DNA from: Minisyncoccota bacterium
Lineage (GTDB): Bacteria; Patescibacteriota; Minisyncoccia; Phycocordibacterales; UBA9973
DNA length: 64,000 bases
Assembly (NCBI GenBank): GCA_039915165.1
Contig: JBDSNU010000018.1
Coordinates: forward strand, 166,617-230,616
Direction: 5' to 3'
Shown: piece by piece, positions 59,897-64,000 of the stretch
Layout: the number at the start of each line of letters is the position of its first letter
Numbering within the stretch: position 1 is the first letter of the stretch
Notes under the pieces: model-generated
The model's input: the letters and a program-made list of their open reading frames with translations, nothing else
What the model was told of the DNA's origin: nothing
Database searches by the model: none
Position numbers and translations under genes: made by a program

Positions 59897-60511
59897 ATGA
59901 ATACATTAGATGTTTTAGTATTGAACGGATCATTGAAGCACGGAGAAACAATTTCAAGTACAGAAGAAGTAACCGCTATGGTTTTGGAGCACATGAAATC
60001 ATTTGCACCTATTGAAGCAACTACCATACGATTGGCTGACAAAAATATTCCTGTCGGATTAGAATACAACATTGGCGAAGACGATGAGTGGCCAAGCATT
60101 GTGGCTCAGATTCAAAAAGCCGATGTGATAATTTTTGCAACACCGATTTGGTGGGGTAGTAGATCTAGTTTGATACAGCGTGCCATTGAAAGAATGGATG
60201 CATTTGATGAAGGAACCGTTCCGGGCGGTCGTGGTAGTCTGCTGAACAAAGTGGCTGGCATTGTTATTACAGGAAGTGAAGATGGGGCACAAGCTGTTAT
60301 GGCCGGTATGATGGAAGTACTTTCGTTTATGAATTTCACCTTGCCGCCACAATGTTGTACCTATTGGGTTGGAGAAGTGGGGATGGATCCAAAGACTGAT
60401 GCAGAGCGTCGCCGCGCCAATCCTGCAGTAGAACATATGGCACAAAACACAGCAAAAAACCTCGTGTACTACGCTACGCTATTAAAAAATAATCCGCAGA
60501 AAGCAGAGTAA
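59897..60511 (+). CDS. flavodoxin-like fold NAD(P)H-dependent FMN reductase family protein
   Basis: 'VLVLNGSLKHGE' and 'VIIFATPIWWG' patterns; ORF-track TTG start at 59882. Confidence 0.5.
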   Translation: MNTLDVLVLNGSLKHGETISSTEEVTAMVLEHMKSFAPIEATTIRLADKNIPVGLEYNIGEDDEWPSIVAQIQKADVIIFATPIWWGSRSSLIQRAIERMDAFDEGTVPGGRGSLLNKVAGIVITGSEDGAQAVMAGMMEVLSFMNFTLPPQCCTYWVGEVGMDPKTDAERRRANPAVEHMAQNTAKNLVYYATLLKNNPQKAE

Positions 60512-60543
60512 GAATCCATACTCTGAAGCGTCTCTATATAAGT

Positions 60544-61260
60544 ATGAATGAGAATAGTATAAAAAGAACATTGTCCTCTGTACTTATTACCGCATTTGCC
60601 TTTGGGTTTTTTGCGTTACCCGCACAGGCTGCGGTTATCAGTGCCACTCAATATGCAACAACAACTCAGTGTACCAATCTAACTGTTGGATTATCATATG
60701 GAAAGTCCGATGCTGTTAGTTATGGGCAAGTTTCAGCACTGCAAAATTTTCTCCATCTAAATAACTATCTTTCTGTTAATCCAACAGGATATTTCGGACC
60801 ACTTACTCGTGTAGCAGTGAAAGCATTCCAAAGTGAAAATGGATTGCGAGCTGACGGTATTGTTGGTGTACAAACTCGTGCACAAATTTATGCAAAAGGG
60901 TGTGGTGACTATACTCCTCCTGGTACTCTTTCTCAGATCAATGGTATATATCCTGCTATTGCTACTGTCGGTTCATCTGTAACCCTCAACGGCTCTGGTT
61001 TTACCAATAACTCAATTGTTCACTTTTCAATTGGAGCAGTGAATCAAACTATTGTGGGTAACAATGGCACCACACTATCATTTACTATTCCTGATGGCAT
61101 TGGTCCATACTGTAAGCCGACACAAGTGTGTGCACTGTATCTTCAATTAGTAACAAATGGTACCTATCCAGTGTATGTAGAAAACAGTAATGGTACTGTA
61201 AGTAACACTGTGCAGTTGACTGTTACTGGCAATCCTTCTCCTGTACTCAACGCACAATAA
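60544..61260 (+). CDS. secreted protein with peptidoglycan-binding (PG_binding_1-like) and IPT/TIG-like domains
   Basis: signal peptide; 'VSALQNFLHLNNYL...GYFGPLTRVAVKAFQSENGLRADGIVGVQTRAQI'. Confidence 0.55.
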   Translation: MNENSIKRTLSSVLITAFAFGFFALPAQAAVISATQYATTTQCTNLTVGLSYGKSDAVSYGQVSALQNFLHLNNYLSVNPTGYFGPLTRVAVKAFQSENGLRADGIVGVQTRAQIYAKGCGDYTPPGTLSQINGIYPAIATVGSSVTLNGSGFTNNSIVHFSIGAVNQTIVGNNGTTLSFTIPDGIGPYCKPTQVCALYLQLVTNGTYPVYVENSNGTVSNTVQLTVTGNPSPVLNAQ

Positions 61261-61301
61261 TTGCCTTGTTATATCAATTTCCGGGTATATACTGAATAGA
61301 T

Positions 61302-62207
61302 ATGACATTCAAAAAAGTAGTATTTTACATAGCAGTGTTGGTATTGCTCGCTATTGCAGCATATCAATTCACCCATAAGCCAGTAACATCGCAAATCCCA
61401 GTAGTTACTACACCTGTAGTCACAACACCCATCGTAACTTCTACCGCCCAATATTCTTGTAGTATGGGTAAAACAATCGCGGCAAACTTCAGTGACCAGC
61501 TAGCAGCTATTACTCTTTCTGACGGCCGAGCTTTTTCTTTAGCGCAAACAGTTTCTGCTGATGGTGCTCAATATACAAAAGACAACATTTCTTTTATTAC
61601 TAAAGGAAACCAAGCATTTTTACAAGAAAACAATGCGACCACATTTGAAAATTGTGTTGTTGATACTACTACTGGAACAGCCGTAAATGGCTATAAAACA
61701 TATACCGACCAAGGTAAGACATTTATCTTCACCTATCCCGAAGCATTTACACTTGCTGGTGGCGGTATTGGGTATACAGAAAATTGGAAAACAAATACTG
61801 ATGGCACATTAGGATTGGTTCTTATTGCATTGAATTCTCCGGCGGATTATTTACCAAAAACAAATTTTGGTGACGCAAAATTTACTGTTGGAACATCAAG
61901 TGATCCAAAAGCAGTGAAAGGATGTCTTGTTGATACTTCAGGGCAAGGGGTAGTCAAGTCTACTGTTGTTATTAACAAAGTGCCTTATACCAAATTTGTT
62001 TCTGTTGATGCAGGTGCAGGCAATAGATATGAAACTAATAGTTTCCGCGCAATTCAAAATCAGCAATGCTATACGATTGAATATACTATTCACTATGCAG
62101 TACTAGAAAACTACGATCCAAGTTCAGGTATCAAAGCATTTGATCAAAAGAAGGTACATGAAGTACTTGATGGTATCGTAAAAAGTTTCGCCTTTCTCCC
62201 ACAATAA
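61302..62207 (+). CDS. secreted protein with N-terminal MliC-like (lysozyme-inhibitor fold) domain
   Basis: signal/TM; 'YSCSMGKTIAANFSD...LSDGRAFSLAQTVSADGAQY...ITKGNQAFL...CVV'. Confidence 0.4.
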   Translation: MTFKKVVFYIAVLVLLAIAAYQFTHKPVTSQIPVVTTPVVTTPIVTSTAQYSCSMGKTIAANFSDQLAAITLSDGRAFSLAQTVSADGAQYTKDNISFITKGNQAFLQENNATTFENCVVDTTTGTAVNGYKTYTDQGKTFIFTYPEAFTLAGGGIGYTENWKTNTDGTLGLVLIALNSPADYLPKTNFGDAKFTVGTSSDPKAVKGCLVDTSGQGVVKSTVVINKVPYTKFVSVDAGAGNRYETNSFRAIQNQQCYTIEYTIHYAVLENYDPSSGIKAFDQKKVHEVLDGIVKSFAFLPQ

Positions 62208-62211
62208 CACT

Positions 62212-62721
62212 ATGAGTGAGCGCGAAGTTATTGTTAACGATATCATGCAACAAGGGTATCGGTATACTTGTACTGCACCAGTAGGGAAATCATTTGATCC
62301 AGAATTTACACCAGATCTCACCCCCAAAGAAATGCTCGAAATGGGCATTTTTGGCGGTAAATATATGACGGATTGTCGAGATGAATTTCCGTCGACCTGG
62401 TTTACTCATGCCAAGCTCTCACCAACTAAACACAATGCAGATGTAAATTTTTTCGGAGTCAATGCCAGTCAGCCACTCTCTGTGTGGAGAGCAAAAGGAT
62501 GGATATATGCTGACGATCCTCGTGGCTGGTTTCAGTGGTACTGTCGTTACTATATGGGGCGACGTATTCCTCATGAAGACTCGCGACAAATTAAGCGATG
62601 GAAAATGATTCGTCGTCATGTCGGTCAGATTGTTCATAACTGTCGCCGTAATGATATTCATTGTCGACCGCGACAACGTCAAGCATTATTGCATTGGGCA
62701 TATGATAGTAGAAACATATAA
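62212..62721 (+). CDS. hypothetical Trp/Arg-rich protein
   Basis: 169-aa ORF, 'RGWFQWYCRYYMGRR'. Confidence 0.35.
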   Translation: MSEREVIVNDIMQQGYRYTCTAPVGKSFDPEFTPDLTPKEMLEMGIFGGKYMTDCRDEFPSTWFTHAKLSPTKHNADVNFFGVNASQPLSVWRAKGWIYADDPRGWFQWYCRYYMGRRIPHEDSRQIKRWKMIRRHVGQIVHNCRRNDIHCRPRQRQALLHWAYDSRNI

Positions 62722-62743
62722 GTATTGAGGTATACTAATAAGT

Positions 62744-63001
62744 ATGAATTCAATACCACATGCCGACGTTTTCTTCCTCGTCGCAACAATAGGCTTTATT
62801 ATAATTTTCGCGTTATTAGTTGTTGTACTTATCTATATTATTTCTCTCTTTAAAAGCGTTAATCGTATTACTAAAAAAATTGAAAACAATATCGATACTA
62901 TTGGTGACACCGCAAAAGATTTCGTAGTCTCACTGTGGGACAGTAGTGTCTTTTCTTGGATATTTGGTAAAAAGCGCAAAAGCAAAAATGCTAAAGACTA
63001 G
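62744..63001 (+). CDS. small membrane protein
   Basis: 85 aa, one TM. Confidence 0.35.
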   Translation: MNSIPHADVFFLVATIGFIIIFALLVVVLIYIISLFKSVNRITKKIENNIDTIGDTAKDFVVSLWDSSVFSWIFGKKRKSKNAKD

Positions 63002-63072
63002 CAGCGCAGACCTTTGCAAGTAGTATCAGGATGCTATACTTAAAGGGTTATCAGCAATAGTGCAAAAATTTT

Positions 63073-63519
63073 ATGGCAAAACAAACAAAAAAAGATGAAG
63101 GTTCATCAACAGGTACAGTAGTAGCAGTCGGCGCGGGAGTGGTTGCACTTGCTGCAGCTTCGTATTTTTTCTTCGGTCCTGAAGGAAAAAAGAACCGTAA
63201 CAGTCTCAAGGGCTGGATGGTGAAAATGAAAGGTGAAATTATTGAAAAAATGGAAGATGCAAAGGACATGTCTGAAGCAGCGTACGAAAAGATTGTTGAC
63301 GCTGTTGCAGCAAAATATGCAAAAGCAGGCAAGGTAAGTGAGGCAGAGATTCGTTTATTTGCAGGTATCCTTAAACAGCAATGGAAAGGTATCGTAAAAG
63401 CTCACAACAAAACTTCTGCTGTAAAAGGCGCTGTGAAAAAAGTTGTTAGTGCTGCAAAAAAAGAAGTAAAAGGTACTCCAACTTCAGCACGCGCTGCAGC
63501 TAGTAAGTCTAAGAAATAA
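63073..63519 (+). CDS. Lys/Ala-rich membrane-anchored protein (histone H1-like low complexity)
   Basis: TM 'VVAVGAGVVALAAASYFFF' then KA-rich repeats. Confidence 0.4.
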   Translation: MAKQTKKDEGSSTGTVVAVGAGVVALAAASYFFFGPEGKKNRNSLKGWMVKMKGEIIEKMEDAKDMSEAAYEKIVDAVAAKYAKAGKVSEAEIRLFAGILKQQWKGIVKAHNKTSAVKGAVKKVVSAAKKEVKGTPTSARAAASKSKK

Positions 63520-63596
63520 ACTGCTATGTTGGTAGATATTGCAATTTTGCTCTTGATCCTCTGGTTTCTTATTTCTTTAGTGATATACTGTATGCA

Positions 63597-64000
63597 ATGC
63601 GATCGCTATTTATTTATGTAAAAAAACATAATACGTTTTTCTTAGCGATTGGCTTCCTTGCCGTTTTCGCCATCACTGTCGCGTATGCTACTCCTCCTTC
63701 ATCTCCGTACTCAGCAGGCGAGACACTGGATCCTCAGTGTGCACCAGGATCTTCAAACTGTACTGTTCTTATCAGTGCTGGCGCCTCATCTCAATGGGAT
63801 GACGTCACCAACGGCATTAACTACGCTGGTGGTAATGTAGGTATTGGAACGACGACACCACAGAGTGCCTTGGATGTGAATGGAGAAGTGCGGATGAATA
63901 ACCTGAATGTTTTGGGTGTAGGAATAGCTACGGTTGTCGATGCTCCGACCAATTTGCAAGGGAGTGAAAGTAGAGAATCTACTTTCATTAACTCCACGTT
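63597..64000 (+). CDS. secreted protein, 5' partial (runs off window), tail-fibre-like 'GNVGIGTTTP' motif
   Basis: ATG 63597, signal peptide 'FFLAIGFLAVFAITVAYA', open to the window end; absent from ORF track because it has no stop. Confidence 0.5.
   Translation, partial: MRSLFIYVKKHNTFFLAIGFLAVFAITVAYATPPSSPYSAGETLDPQCAPGSSNCTVLISAGASSQWDDVTNGINYAGGNVGIGTTTPQSALDVNGEVRMNNLNVLGVGIATVVDAPTNLQGSESRESTFINST

Overview
The window is AT-rich and gene-dense, with short intergenic spacers, and has the content of a small streamlined genome; a CPR/Patescibacteria-like host is inferred. The first third encodes a complete type IV pilus/competence module: comFC, pilM, pilN/O-like genes, pilB, pilT, pilC, a major pilin, prepilin peptidase and four minor pseudopilins, followed by ligA and gatCA. 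Core genes appear later: a DEAD-box helicase, typA/bipA, a compact prfB, ftsEX, an MFS transporter and two SAM methyltransferases. Seven tRNAs are present: Ser-GCT, two Met-CAT, Asp-GTC, Thr-GGT and Gln-CTG. The main accessory feature is a roughly 15-kb island (about 23.1-38.9 kb) starting at a tRNA-Met/tRNA-Asp cluster. It contains a large serine recombinase whose 3' end overlaps tRNA-Asp antisense, a small HTH gene, a tyrosine integrase and a GIY-YIG mini-gene wedged between the tRNAs. It also carries secreted and lipoproteins and a same-strand array of unrelated accessory genes: two large unknown proteins, an RBBP9-like serine hydrolase, a class-A beta-lactamase-like protein, a NUDIX hydrolase, two TraB-family proteins and a PF06042-like nucleotidyltransferase. 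These are separated by three copies of a conserved intergenic repeat ending in a terminator hairpin. Two further mobile signatures lie elsewhere. One is an IS200/RAYT-like Y1 transposase flanked by three REP-like 24-25-nt palindromic repeats. The other is a 544-bp insertion carrying a solitary MazF/PemK-like toxin gene, placed into the extreme 3' end of typA and bounded by a perfect 25-bp direct duplication that preserves the typA stop. No CRISPR array and no rRNA were seen. All calls come from reading motifs in the sequence and ORF track; no database search was possible.
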